Shown in pieces: positions 20,480 to 30,512 of a stretch of 64,000 nucleotides of DNA. The stretch comes from Desulfatiglandales bacterium. GTDB taxonomy: Bacteria > Desulfobacterota > DSM-4660 > Desulfatiglandales > HGW-15. The DNA is taken from assembly GCA_963667015.2 (NCBI GenBank), contig CAXXJJ010000003.1:129728-193727 (forward strand), given 5' to 3'. The translations under genes and the position numbers were made by a program. The notes under the pieces are model-generated. The model was given only the letters and a program-made list of their open reading frames with translations, made no database searches and was not told the DNA's origin. The stretch's first letter is position 1. Each line of letters opens with the position of its first letter.

Positions 20480-21279
20480 CTTATTTTTCCGCGCTGTATA
20501 GCGGACACTGTAAACAGGCTGTCTTTTATGCCTGTGTTGTACTTCATAGCGTCCATCTCAAGTATTGTTTTATGACTGCGGGACACATTGTCCATTTCCG
20601 ATCTAAACACGGTCCAGAACCCGTCATGTTCCCTGTAGTCAACTGCCCTGAAGGTTTTTATGAGGCCGTCCCTGTCGTAGTATTCAGCCTTAACTGCAAG
20701 GTATGCTGACTTTAATATCCATACTACCTTCCGGGTATACATATCGTCTTTGTCTATGGGTACGGATTCAATTTTCCAGCACAGTTGACCGTTTAACTCC
20801 TCTTCACCCAGCAGGGTATGGGTGTCCTCTTCCACGTTACGGTCACCCATATCGTCATAGGTGAAATCGCTTCCCATGAAATACTCGTTTTTTGAAGCTC
20901 CGCTTATGCGGCGCACCTTTTTCATGGCAGGCATGTAAAGCCATTTATCATCTTCCTTTTTAGGGTCGTCATACTCCCATGATAAAAAGGCTGTGCCCTT
21001 AACATCTGCGGGTTTTTCAAATACCATGACGGACTTTGTGTCCTTCCCGAAATCCTTTGAAAAACTTTTTACTCCACGAACGCGCTTGCGCCCGCGTTTG
21101 TTGATTAATGTCATGGTCATGACAGACCTGCGGTCATCGCCGTCAGGGCGGTCGTCCACAATGGTCATGATCTCCTTTGCCGACAGTTCTTCTGCACCTG
21201 CACCTGCTGCTGAAAATAAAACAAAAAGAATTGCCGCCGTGATCATCCATAAGCTTACGTGTGTTGATTTTTTATACAT
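20476..21279 (-). CDS. LolA-like outer membrane lipoprotein-sorting family protein
   Basis: FEKPADVKGTAFL, DDKWLYMPAMKKVRRIS, YFMGSDFTYDD; start may instead be 21306. Confidence 0.85.
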   Translation of the reverse strand: MYKKSTHVSLWMITAAILFVLFSAAGAGAEELSAKEIMTIVDDRPDGDDRRSVMTMTLINKRGRKRVRGVKSFSKDFGKDTKSVMVFEKPADVKGTAFLSWEYDDPKKEDDKWLYMPAMKKVRRISGASKNEYFMGSDFTYDDMGDRNVEEDTHTLLGEEELNGQLCWKIESVPIDKDDMYTRKVVWILKSAYLAVKAEYYDRDGLIKTFRAVDYREHDGFWTVFRSEMDNVSRSHKTILEMDAMKYNTGIKDSLFTVSAIQRGKIR

Positions 21280-21327
21280 ATGTCTTCCTGTTTTAAAAAA
21301 GTTCATTCATTGTTTCAGTAATTGAAA

Positions 21328-23463
21328 TTAAAAGCGGTAAATTAATCCCGTTCCTATTGTTCTTGGATCTCCGAAACCGGCCATTGAAATGAGAGAACTG
21401 GATTTAAAGGTGGTGATATACTCTTCATCAAAAAGGTTTTTCACGTAGGCATAAATATCCCATTTATCAAATGAATAACCGATTTTTGCGTCGACAGTCG
21501 TGTAGGCATCCTCCTTGACCATTTCCCTATTAACGTCATCATAAAAATAGACTCCTCCCTGGTTTTTCATGTCCACTCTGGAATAAAGCCCCCGGGGATG
21601 AAAATAGGCGATGCCGATATTGGCTGTATGAGAAGGTGTGCATTGGATGTCAAAACCGTTGAAGTTGATACCGCCTCCCACATCATAGCTGTCATATTCG
21701 GTGTCAATAAGGCCAAGTGCTCCATTCAGCTCAATGGTATCGGTCAGACGATATTTCATTTCCAGCTCAATACCCATTGAATGAGCCTTCTCTGCATTGG
21801 AAGTAAGGTACATTGTGCCTACAGCCTTATAGACATGGATGTTTTTGATATCCATGTGAAACACGGATGCCGCCATCTGCAGACGGTTAAGTGAGGCCTT
21901 TATCCCCATTTCATAGTTGGTTGATTCCTCGGGTTCAAAACAGTTGTCTTCCTCGGTTCCAGCTGTGGCAAAAAAGTTGAATCCGCCGGGCATATATCCC
22001 TGTGAATAGGATGCATATGCTGTCCAGTCATCGTTTATCTGATAGGTAAGCGCTGCCTTAGGCAGGAAATCATCCCATGATTTATCTCCTCTGTATTCAA
22101 AAGAAGCAGGGCCTGTCATGCCAATAGGAAGGGAATACATCTTCATGTCTATTTCCTTGTCTATTTTCTGGAAACGTGCACCAAGGGTCATGTCAAGGCG
22201 ATCTCCCAGAGGAACAATCGCCTGTCCGAAAACTGCCATGTTTTCGCTGTCTGAAACAGACACTGCATTCATTTGATAATTGCCGTAAAAAGTTTCTCCG
22301 TAATAATAGGGGAATTCCATTCCATAGGGGTCCTGATCATGATCTTCGGTTTCGAGGTACAGGCCGGCAATCCAGCGTACACCCGTTGTGCTGCTGCTGG
22401 AAAGACGCAGTTCCTGTGCCCAGGTATCTGTCTCAGAGTCGCCAAACTGCTTCAGTCCTGCATAAATCGCGTTGTTTGAGAAATCGGCATCATATGTGCT
22501 CTTTACATCCAGGTTTCTGTGTGTGGTTATGGAGGTGATTACTACGGAACCGAAATCATAAGTCAGGTTGAGATTCTGGGAATTACTTTCATTTTCGGAC
22601 TCCGTAGGATAATCATAGTCTGCATATTCAGCGTCGTCCCTGTGAAAATCATTGATACTGGCGCCGCCTGGCAGGGCAAGTCCCGACAGAAAGTGATTGT
22701 TAAGGTAATCGTTTGAAACGGTTAAGCGGGCGCTCAATTGATCTGTGGGTTTGTACAGCAGGTAGGCGCTGAGTCTCCGGGTTTTATTCTCGCCGGCGTC
22801 TTTTTCCATACCTTCGTGTGTGTTTTCAATCCAGCCGTCATCATGTTTGTACTGGCCGTTGATTCCAAGGTAGAGCGAGTCTTCAACCAGAGCTCCGCTG
22901 ATGTTAAATGTTCCACGCATCAGATTGAAGCTGCCGTATTCGGCGCCGACCTTTCCATGCCATTCATTTTTGGGGTCCTTGGTTACTACATTAATGACTC
23001 CACCGATGGCATCCTTTCCGTATATGGTTCCCTGAGGGCCGCGCAGCACTTCTATTCTTTCCACATTTGCAAAAGATGCGTCGTATCCGTAACTGTTGTT
23101 GATCGGTACACCATCTATATAAATTACCATGGGATTGGTGTTGGCAAAGAGTGAGGTATTAAGTCCCCTGAAATTCATGGCACTGCCATATCCGGGGTTT
23201 GCTGCAAACATTATGTTCGGCACCTCATTGAGTAGGTCATCCATATTTTTTATGTTTTTTTCTTCCAGAATGTATTCATCCATTAATGTGATGTTTTGTG
23301 GAACATCCTGTACATTTTCCTCCATTTTGTTTGCCGTTACTGTGAGTTTTTCAAGCTCAATCATGCTTTTATTTTCTTTATCAGCACTCCATGAACTAAC
23401 GGGTAGAAAGGCGATTAATAATCCTGCTGATATCCCCGTAATCATAATCTTTTTTAAGCCCAT
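21328..23463 (-). CDS. TonB-dependent siderophore-type receptor (FyuA-like), paralog of 7263-9287
   Basis: LTVTANK, IYIDGVP, ERIEVLRGPQGTIYGKDA, C-terminal YRF; AGGAGG RBS. Confidence 0.92.
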   Translation of the reverse strand: MGLKKIMITGISAGLLIAFLPVSSWSADKENKSMIELEKLTVTANKMEENVQDVPQNITLMDEYILEEKNIKNMDDLLNEVPNIMFAANPGYGSAMNFRGLNTSLFANTNPMVIYIDGVPINNSYGYDASFANVERIEVLRGPQGTIYGKDAIGGVINVVTKDPKNEWHGKVGAEYGSFNLMRGTFNISGALVEDSLYLGINGQYKHDDGWIENTHEGMEKDAGENKTRRLSAYLLYKPTDQLSARLTVSNDYLNNHFLSGLALPGGASINDFHRDDAEYADYDYPTESENESNSQNLNLTYDFGSVVITSITTHRNLDVKSTYDADFSNNAIYAGLKQFGDSETDTWAQELRLSSSSTTGVRWIAGLYLETEDHDQDPYGMEFPYYYGETFYGNYQMNAVSVSDSENMAVFGQAIVPLGDRLDMTLGARFQKIDKEIDMKMYSLPIGMTGPASFEYRGDKSWDDFLPKAALTYQINDDWTAYASYSQGYMPGGFNFFATAGTEEDNCFEPEESTNYEMGIKASLNRLQMAASVFHMDIKNIHVYKAVGTMYLTSNAEKAHSMGIELEMKYRLTDTIELNGALGLIDTEYDSYDVGGGINFNGFDIQCTPSHTANIGIAYFHPRGLYSRVDMKNQGGVYFYDDVNREMVKEDAYTTVDAKIGYSFDKWDIYAYVKNLFDEEYITTFKSSSLISMAGFGDPRTIGTGLIYRF

Positions 23464-23584
23464 TATTGACACTTCCTCCTTGTAGATTTGTTTTGTTATT
23501 CTTTTTAAATTTCAGTGTCCCTGTACCGGACGCATAGGCAATATTGCCGATTAAATTCATGGGCGATATATTTATGAAATAAAA

Positions 23585-23598
23585 TTAGAATGGACTAA
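23585..23598. promoter_or_regulatory. DtxR-type operator
   Basis: TTAG-AATGGA-CTAA about 120 bp upstream of the receptor start. Confidence 0.6.
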
Positions 23599-23669
23599 CT
23601 TAGCATTTAGATTTTTAAAATGCTGTCTATGGAAGAAAAAAAATTGTCGGAGGAAAAAAATAGTATTTA

Positions 23670-23703
23670 GTCCATCCGGATTTTTGTTCTTGTCCGGATG
23701 GAC
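23670..23703. terminator. Inverted repeat downstream of the O-methyltransferase
   Basis: GTCCATCCGGA-N12-TCCGGATGGAC perfect 11-bp stem; no clear T tract on the minus strand. Confidence 0.5.
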
Positions 23704-23732
23704 AAAGCTATTTACAGGAATGACTGATTATT

Positions 23733-24761
23733 TCATAATTCATCTGTTTTTACTGCTGAGAGCAGAAGCGATGGGTACGGCATCTCCTTTTCAAGATATT
23801 TTGTCCTGAATACACCGAATCCTGCGCTGCTTAATGCGGATTTCAGATCATCTTCCGGAAGTTTATGGGTCGGGTATCCCATGCTTCTTGTCATCAGCTC
23901 TATTATCGAAAGGGTGAGGTTTTTCTTTCCCTGTTTTTCAGTGGTAATATGGCTGGAGATAAAAAGGCCTCCCGGCTCCATTGACCGGTTTACCTTTTTT
24001 AAGAATTCGGAAAGAGTTCCTTCTGCATTGAGGGCATATAAAAAATGGGAACTGAAAAACAGATCATATCCGTTTCCGAATGATTCACCCGATGCAGCGT
24101 CAAAGTCATGGTATGTGATGCGGTTGTAATATTCTTCATTTTCCTTTATTTTTCGAGCCAGGTCGCACACTTCCGGTAAATCATAAACATGCGACTCCAG
24201 GTGCAGGTTTTCCTGCATGAACGCGAAAGAGAAATAACCGATACTGCCGGCGAAATCACACATTTTTTTACACCCTGCAAACTCCGGCATTTCACCTATA
24301 AAGGAAAGGACTGCCTGGATTGCCCCGCCGTTCTGCTGCTGCTCCATATTTAAAACTCCATCTCTGCTGCTCCACATTCTGCTGTTAAAATCAGAAGTTC
24401 CTTTTTGCAGAGTTTGTGTCAGGTTATCAAAGGGGCCTGCACTGCCGGAAAAACCTTTTGTGACACCAACAAGGCTTGCCGCCGAGCCGGACAGAAAAAA
24501 ATCCTTTCCTGCTTGTGTAAGGCTGTATTTATTCTCATGCCTGGCTGCCAGTTCAACGGCGATCAGGACATCAAGCAATGCCTCGGTAAGGGGTTCAACT
24601 GTTTTCAGTCTTTGTGACAATTCCGAAAGCTGCAGCGGGTTCTGCGATAGCACTTCAAAGATATCGATCTCAATGGCGCAATTGATAATCCCGGGCAGAT
24701 AACTCTGATATAAAAGCTTCATGATACCGCTGTTGTTTGACTGTATAAAGTTTGTTGTCAT
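23733..24761 (-). CDS. O-methyltransferase with N-terminal dimerisation domain (Methyltransf_2-like)
   Basis: AIEIDIFEVL, CDFAGSIG, VYDLPEV, YDLFFSSHFLY, MEPGGLFIS; GGAGG RBS. Confidence 0.85.
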   Translation of the reverse strand: MTTNFIQSNNSGIMKLLYQSYLPGIINCAIEIDIFEVLSQNPLQLSELSQRLKTVEPLTEALLDVLIAVELAARHENKYSLTQAGKDFFLSGSAASLVGVTKGFSGSAGPFDNLTQTLQKGTSDFNSRMWSSRDGVLNMEQQQNGGAIQAVLSFIGEMPEFAGCKKMCDFAGSIGYFSFAFMQENLHLESHVYDLPEVCDLARKIKENEEYYNRITYHDFDAASGESFGNGYDLFFSSHFLYALNAEGTLSEFLKKVNRSMEPGGLFISSHITTEKQGKKNLTLSIIELMTRSMGYPTHKLPEDDLKSALSSAGFGVFRTKYLEKEMPYPSLLLSAVKTDEL

Positions 24762-24873
24762 ATTTGATCCTCCGATTTTGAGTAAATAATTGAATGGCAA
24801 ATATTTCTGCGGAGTCATATTGCCGTATCTGTAAATCATCCTGCATATTAAGGGATTTAACTTTTATGTGTTA

Positions 24874-25878
24874 TCAACTTTGGCTCCAAAAAATACTGGG
24901 AGATGTTCCGAACTGCTTTTTAAACGCCTGTGAAAAGTGGCTGATGCTTTCATACCCTACCGCATATGCTGTCTCGGTTACATTAAGACCGTTCATGAGC
25001 ATCTCCCTGGCCTTTAAAAGACGTTCGTTGCGCAGAAATTCAAAGACTGTCATGCCGTACATCTGCCTGAAGCACCCGTTCAGCTTGGGAGACGACATGC
25101 CCGCCTTTCGGGCCAGGTCCTGAAGTCCGGGCGTAATTTCGATGTTATCGGAAAGATAATTCCTGACTGTTTCAATCTGTTTCCGGTCATTGGGGTGCAG
25201 GGGTTTTCCTGGTTCATTATGCCTGAGACCAGCTTCTGAAAAATAGTCAAGCTGGTAGGATATCAGTTCAAGTGCACGGCTTTCCAAAAACAGTTTTCGT
25301 GATATCCCCTTAAATGGACATTTCAGCATCTGCAACAGTGCCTCGCGCATGGCAGGAGTTATTGTCCGAATGCGGTAAAAGGGATCTTTGTTTTTGTTCT
25401 CAAGAATTTTTCGCATGTCCTGATGTATTGAACCCATGTCCGTATCAAAATAGGAGCGAAGCCTGTCAGGGGAAACGGCAATGCCTACCTGGCATATGGG
25501 TATGTCGGCGGAAATGGTGCTGTAGCCTTTAAAATCGGGAGAGTAAAAAATGCCCTGGTTTCCACTTGATATTTCAAAGGGATATTTTTGACTGTCATAA
25601 AAGGATCGGGATTTTCCTGATAAGCAGAAGCTGAAGGAAAAAACTTCGGGATATTCATCAACCAGAAAACGAATATCCTTTTCTATCATACAGTCGGCCA
25701 TCCAAATCTCAAAACCCGGGCCTATATTAATTACATTAATTTTGAAATTGCCATAGTCGCCGGACACATTCCAGCTTTGTTCAAACTGATCAAGGGAGTT
25801 TTTGTCAATATTTAATCCTGCCTTGGAACGAAATCCGTCCTTAGGGTTATAAAAAATATTTCCAGTCCTGGGTATCAT
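24874..25878 (-). CDS. AraC family regulator (PchR/YbtA-like)
   Basis: LFLESRALELI, LARKAGMSSPKLNGCFRQMYG, VTETAYAVGYESISHFSQAFKKQFG. Confidence 0.92.
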   Translation of the reverse strand: MIPRTGNIFYNPKDGFRSKAGLNIDKNSLDQFEQSWNVSGDYGNFKINVINIGPGFEIWMADCMIEKDIRFLVDEYPEVFSFSFCLSGKSRSFYDSQKYPFEISSGNQGIFYSPDFKGYSTISADIPICQVGIAVSPDRLRSYFDTDMGSIHQDMRKILENKNKDPFYRIRTITPAMREALLQMLKCPFKGISRKLFLESRALELISYQLDYFSEAGLRHNEPGKPLHPNDRKQIETVRNYLSDNIEITPGLQDLARKAGMSSPKLNGCFRQMYGMTVFEFLRNERLLKAREMLMNGLNVTETAYAVGYESISHFSQAFKKQFGTSPSIFWSQS

Positions 25879-25884
25879 ACTGCT

Positions 25885-26589
25885 TTACCCTCTTTTATCC
25901 AGTTCAAACTCTATATCTATTTCCACCCATGTGTCCACTTTTTCACCATCCTTGATGCCGGGTGTGAACAGCCAGCGGGCAACACTCTGCCTTGTAACCT
26001 CGTCAAAGATTTTCTTTGGAATGGATTTTACAATACTTATATCCTCCACTCTCCCTTCTCTTGTTACCAGGAATCGAACTGATACAACCCCTTCTATCCT
26101 TTCACGTTTTGCATGGTATGGATAAACGGGCGCCATTTGATTTCTGATTACCGGTGCAGTATCTATCTCATCAAGGGTAAAACCTACTTTAAAATCAAAT
26201 TCTGGCACCTCAACTTCATACTGGAGGCTGCCCGGGATCTTTATGCCACCCATTACATCGGCGTGAAGCAGTTCAATGCCTGCTCTCGGCTGCTGTATGC
26301 TTTTTCTTTTAACCTGGTTTTTTTCCCTGATTTCATGTCTTTCTTCCATTTCAGGATCTGGCGGAGGCGGGGGCTCCTTTAAACTAACCATGACACCCGG
26401 TTCTTTTCTTATCTTTTTTACGCCCTTTCCTGACTCTGATAGATATGTCATTACATTAAAAAGAACCGCTGTAACAGATACCGCAATTATTAACTGGGTT
26501 AAATGGCTTGCTATATTGTGTTTTGTTGATAGTCTGATCATTTCTTTTCTATTCATCCATAATTTCTTAAGATAGTGCATCGTTGGCAT
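25885..26589 (-). CDS. tonB: Energy transducer TonB
   Basis: Single TM, poly-Pro, PVYPYHAKRERIEGVV...VARWLFTPG; start uncertain. Confidence 0.85.
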   Translation of the reverse strand: MPTMHYLKKLWMNRKEMIRLSTKHNIASHLTQLIIAVSVTAVLFNVMTYLSESGKGVKKIRKEPGVMVSLKEPPPPPDPEMEERHEIREKNQVKRKSIQQPRAGIELLHADVMGGIKIPGSLQYEVEVPEFDFKVGFTLDEIDTAPVIRNQMAPVYPYHAKRERIEGVVSVRFLVTREGRVEDISIVKSIPKKIFDEVTRQSVARWLFTPGIKDGEKVDTWVEIDIEFELDKRG

Positions 26590-26645
26590 GTATCCTTCTC
26601 TGCCTGGTCCGGCAGAGAAGGATACACCCAATTGAAAAAAATTTA

Positions 26646-28784
26646 TTAAAAGGTTATTTTTATTCCTGCATAAAGAGATCTTCCACGTAATGGAGCATAT
26701 ATATAGCCGACATCATATGCGCCTTCCGAATCGTAAAATAGAGGAGAATCTTCATCTTCAGCCTGGGTGTAGTCAAGCAGGTTCTTGACTCCCGCATATA
26801 AACTCATATATTTGCTCAACTCTTTTGAGATTCTCATGTTGACCTCAAAATAGCTCGGGGCGTCGGTCGTTTTTAAGTCGCTTGCCTGGCCCGTGGTTTC
26901 GTCATATACGTTATAGCCTTCATATCCGTAGTCGGTAAGATCCCGTGAGGCTATCCAGTAGATGTTTGAGTTAAAGTCCCACCCTGCACGGTTTATATCA
27001 AAGGAACATCCCAGACGGGTCTCAATAGGTGCAATACCGAATGTTGATTTGTATGAATCGCTCATGGCGTAATGTTCAACACTGGCGCCTAAAATAAGCC
27101 AATCGGTCATCTTATAGCTTCCTGACAGATCAAAGGCCGTTACATCGCCTTTTTCATCTGAATTTATAAGGGTAGGCCTCTCATAACTGTCAGAGTCTAT
27201 GGTGGCGAGGTTTTCTACTTCAGTATAATTAATACCTATGGTTGCTGCCCATCGTTCATCCGAATAGTTCAGACTGTATCCGGCAGACCAGGATTTTTCC
27301 AGGTCTGTGATCAGGATATTAAATCCTTCCTCCAGTATTCCGTGTTCGGATTCAAAAAAGGTTAGCGGCGCCCTGTAGCCCCTTCCTGCTGAGATACGGG
27401 ATGAAAGACGGGGTGTGTGATTCCATCTTAAATGTGCGCGGGGGGCGATAATGGTTTCGTTTATCTCATCACCTGTGGTTGTCTGTCCTGTCCAGTCAAC
27501 CGCGATCTTGTCTGCACGCAGGGCTGTAAGGAGTTCAATATCATTATTTATCTGCCATGAGTCCTGGATAAATATACCATGGGCAGTGTAGTCATAGTCG
27601 TCAGGTATAAGGTTAGGGTCGGACTCTACCTGGACGGAATCAGCATCAAGTTCCTCTGATTTTGTACTTATTCCACCTGTGATAAGGTGATTGCCGGCAG
27701 AATAATTAATTTTAATGTTTCCATAATATGCCGGGACCTCGTTACGATAGTCAAAACCCTCGTACACCGAATCCTGGGTATGTTTGGAGTAACTGGCCGT
27801 AGCCGAAAAATTTGTGCGGTTGTTGATCTCCCTGAGCCATGTGCCTGCGAATTCCTCCCTTTCAGTGAGGATATATTCGCATGTTCCCAGCTTTGCTCCT
27901 GTATAAGGCAGCCTTACATCACCGTTAACAAAGGATGGATCACCCGGATCCTGGAGAACGGAATTATAATTATCCGACATGTATCCTCCATGGACATCGG
28001 ATTTTATATGTGTCACCCTGAACTGCAGCTGGCTTGAATCAGAAAAGTCATAAAAGGTTTTTAGGGTAAGGGTTGAGTTTTGAAGACGCGGGGCCTCATT
28101 AACCAGGTTGTTATCTGCATCTTCCTGATCAATATTGTCGTACTGGGCAATGGCCAGTATGGCCAGTTTTTCGTCCGGGGTCACGGCCGTTCCAACGATA
28201 GAATACTTTTGATAGCCCTCGCTGCCCATGGATATATCACTCATTAATCCGTTTTTTTCCGGCTTGTCAAAGATCATGTTTATGGTTCCGCCTATTGCCT
28301 CAGGTGAAAGCAGTGACGGGCCGGCACCCCTGGCTATTTCAATACGGCTTACACCTGCTGTTGCCAGTGCATCCATGCCGTAATAACTTGATACAACCGA
28401 ATGCATGGGGACTCCGTCGATCAGTACTGTAGTGTGTTCCCCTTTGAGACCATTAATCATAATTCGCTTGATTCCGCACATGGAGCACTCTGTGTTCACT
28501 GTTATTCCGGGTTCTTCCTTGATCAGCTCAAAGAGGCTTCCTGCCTGTTTAATCTCGATGTCTTCAGATGTGATAATCTGGGTCTTCTCTATCACATCCT
28601 TTAGTAAGCCCTGCCTTCTTAATCGTTCTTCAAGTGATTTTACCTTTAAAGGTTCAAGTTTTATTGTTTTCTTGTTTTCGGTCTCTGTGTTTTCTTCTGC
28701 AATGATTTGTCCTGTCCCTGTAATTAGAAACATGAGCGTTGATGTCATAATCAGTGTCTTAATCTTATTGAAACCTATATTCAT
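26646..28784 (-). CDS. TonB-dependent receptor with a CxxC motif in the plug
   Basis: NTECSMCGIKRIMINGLKGEHTTVLIDG, RIEIARGAG, C-terminal GIKITF. Confidence 0.9.
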   Translation of the reverse strand: MNIGFNKIKTLIMTSTLMFLITGTGQIIAEENTETENKKTIKLEPLKVKSLEERLRRQGLLKDVIEKTQIITSEDIEIKQAGSLFELIKEEPGITVNTECSMCGIKRIMINGLKGEHTTVLIDGVPMHSVVSSYYGMDALATAGVSRIEIARGAGPSLLSPEAIGGTINMIFDKPEKNGLMSDISMGSEGYQKYSIVGTAVTPDEKLAILAIAQYDNIDQEDADNNLVNEAPRLQNSTLTLKTFYDFSDSSQLQFRVTHIKSDVHGGYMSDNYNSVLQDPGDPSFVNGDVRLPYTGAKLGTCEYILTEREEFAGTWLREINNRTNFSATASYSKHTQDSVYEGFDYRNEVPAYYGNIKINYSAGNHLITGGISTKSEELDADSVQVESDPNLIPDDYDYTAHGIFIQDSWQINNDIELLTALRADKIAVDWTGQTTTGDEINETIIAPRAHLRWNHTPRLSSRISAGRGYRAPLTFFESEHGILEEGFNILITDLEKSWSAGYSLNYSDERWAATIGINYTEVENLATIDSDSYERPTLINSDEKGDVTAFDLSGSYKMTDWLILGASVEHYAMSDSYKSTFGIAPIETRLGCSFDINRAGWDFNSNIYWIASRDLTDYGYEGYNVYDETTGQASDLKTTDAPSYFEVNMRISKELSKYMSLYAGVKNLLDYTQAEDEDSPLFYDSEGAYDVGYIYAPLRGRSLYAGIKITF

Positions 28785-29005
28785 TATATCCTCCTATAAT
28801 AGTTAAAAGACCCCAAAAAAAATAGAATGCTCTAATAAAAACCCCAAAAAAATATGGCTGATAATATTCCTTCTGAATTTACAATGTCAGCAGCAAGTGC
28901 AAACTAAAATTTTCAGCCATATAAAGACATTAATTTAAGATACTCAGTTAAATATAATAATGTCTATTATTTCCTAATTGCTCTAAATATTAAGCGAATA
29001 AAAGG

Positions 29006-29171
29006 TTAGAGCTTTCTAATAATGTGAGTGCACACTAAAATAAATTGGTAAGAATTGTCAAGTCTTTTTATGAGCAGTAAAAATTAATGGATATTAATAG
29101 GAGAAATAAAAATACTTGACATATTATATATAGGGGATATAGAAGAGGCTAATGAAATTAGCCTGATCTAA
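29006..29171. promoter_or_regulatory. Back-to-back promoters, each with a DtxR-type operator
   Basis: TTAG-AGCTTT-CTAA 29006; TGTCAA 29056; TTGACA 29116; AAATTAG-CCTGAT-CTAATTT around 29158. Confidence 0.7.
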
Positions 29172-29215
29172 TTTAAGGTTTTAAAAGTAGATTCAATGCA
29201 AAAAAGGAGAATAAA

Positions 29216-30505
29216 ATGGTGACTACTGACTCTTTGCTAAAAAATGTAATGAAACGCTTAAATGAAAACACAAACAATAATATATCTTCGATGACGATAC
29301 CTGATTTTAATTCGGTACTGTCCTCTAATACTGTTACTGTTTTGGAGAAAAAAATAAAACATGTGTGGGAGGTTGACAGGCACCTTTGCTGCCCATTGAT
29401 TGGCGGATGTCTGACAATAGAAGAACATAAAAAAGTCCTTAACAAGGCAGGTGTTTCAACCGGCAAAAAAAGACCATATGAACTGCACAATATAATCATG
29501 TGTAATCTTGATGACAAAAACAGGGTATCTCAAAAGGTTGATAATTTTTTAAGATATAAATATCGGAAAGAAATACCAAGTCTGAGAATTCTTGACGAAG
29601 GTGAATTTCTAAAAAAATGGAACCGCTCTATGGAAACAGGGGGAATGGAATCGATTTATTTTGTAGCTGCCGTAAGGAATGATTTGAGCAGCAAGATCAT
29701 AGAGCAGATATTCGGTGATGTACATATGATAAACCATATAAATCTACATGAAATCAACAGGGTTAAGAAGCGTGTTACCATGCATGAAAAGACAAATGTA
29801 AAGCTGGCGCGATTGTTTCAGCAGCAGAAAAAGAAAAACATTAGTCTGAAAAAGGAAATGTCAGTATTAAAAAATTCAATAACTGATTTAGCAAATATTA
29901 ATAGAACGCTTAAGAATCTGGCAAAGATAAATAACTGTGACAGTAAGGAAATTATAAGGTTAAGGAACCGAAATCATGAATTTAAAAATAGAATAGCTCA
30001 GCTGGAAAAGCAAGCCTCCCGCCTCTCCTCCTGTAATAAAGGACTTGAAAGGGATAACAAAAAGCTGGAGGAAAAAAATAATAACCTTGAATCATTTAAT
30101 CATCAGTTGGCCGAAGAAATAAAAATTATCGCCGATGCAGCACCATGTATTAATAAAAGAGAATCATGCCGCGGCAGAGATTGTCCTAAATTATCATTTT
30201 GTCCGGGTAGGATACTTATTGTTGGCGGAAGAACAAGGATGAAACAACATTATAAAAATCTTATTGAAGCATATGGAGGGGAGTTCGAATATCATGACGG
30301 TTGTATGAAAGGCGGAGAACAGAATCTTGAACATCGGATCAGACGATCTGATATTGTTATATGTCCTGTGAACTGTAACAGCCACGGTGCATGTGAAAGT
30401 GTAAAAAAATATTGCCGCATATACAGGAAGCCCTTTAAGATGCTTCCGTCTTCAGGGATTACATCCATTTTTAATGCCATGGTTGAAGATGCTCATAAAA
30501 ATTAA
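29216..30505 (+). CDS. DUF2325 domain-containing protein
   Basis: VWEVDRHLCCPLIGGCL, central coiled coil, ILIVGG...HDG...DIVICPVNCNSHGACESVKKYC. Confidence 0.85.
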   Translation: MVTTDSLLKNVMKRLNENTNNNISSMTIPDFNSVLSSNTVTVLEKKIKHVWEVDRHLCCPLIGGCLTIEEHKKVLNKAGVSTGKKRPYELHNIIMCNLDDKNRVSQKVDNFLRYKYRKEIPSLRILDEGEFLKKWNRSMETGGMESIYFVAAVRNDLSSKIIEQIFGDVHMINHINLHEINRVKKRVTMHEKTNVKLARLFQQQKKKNISLKKEMSVLKNSITDLANINRTLKNLAKINNCDSKEIIRLRNRNHEFKNRIAQLEKQASRLSSCNKGLERDNKKLEEKNNNLESFNHQLAEEIKIIADAAPCINKRESCRGRDCPKLSFCPGRILIVGGRTRMKQHYKNLIEAYGGEFEYHDGCMKGGEQNLEHRIRRSDIVICPVNCNSHGACESVKKYCRIYRKPFKMLPSSGITSIFNAMVEDAHKN

Positions 30506-30512
30506 AATACTG

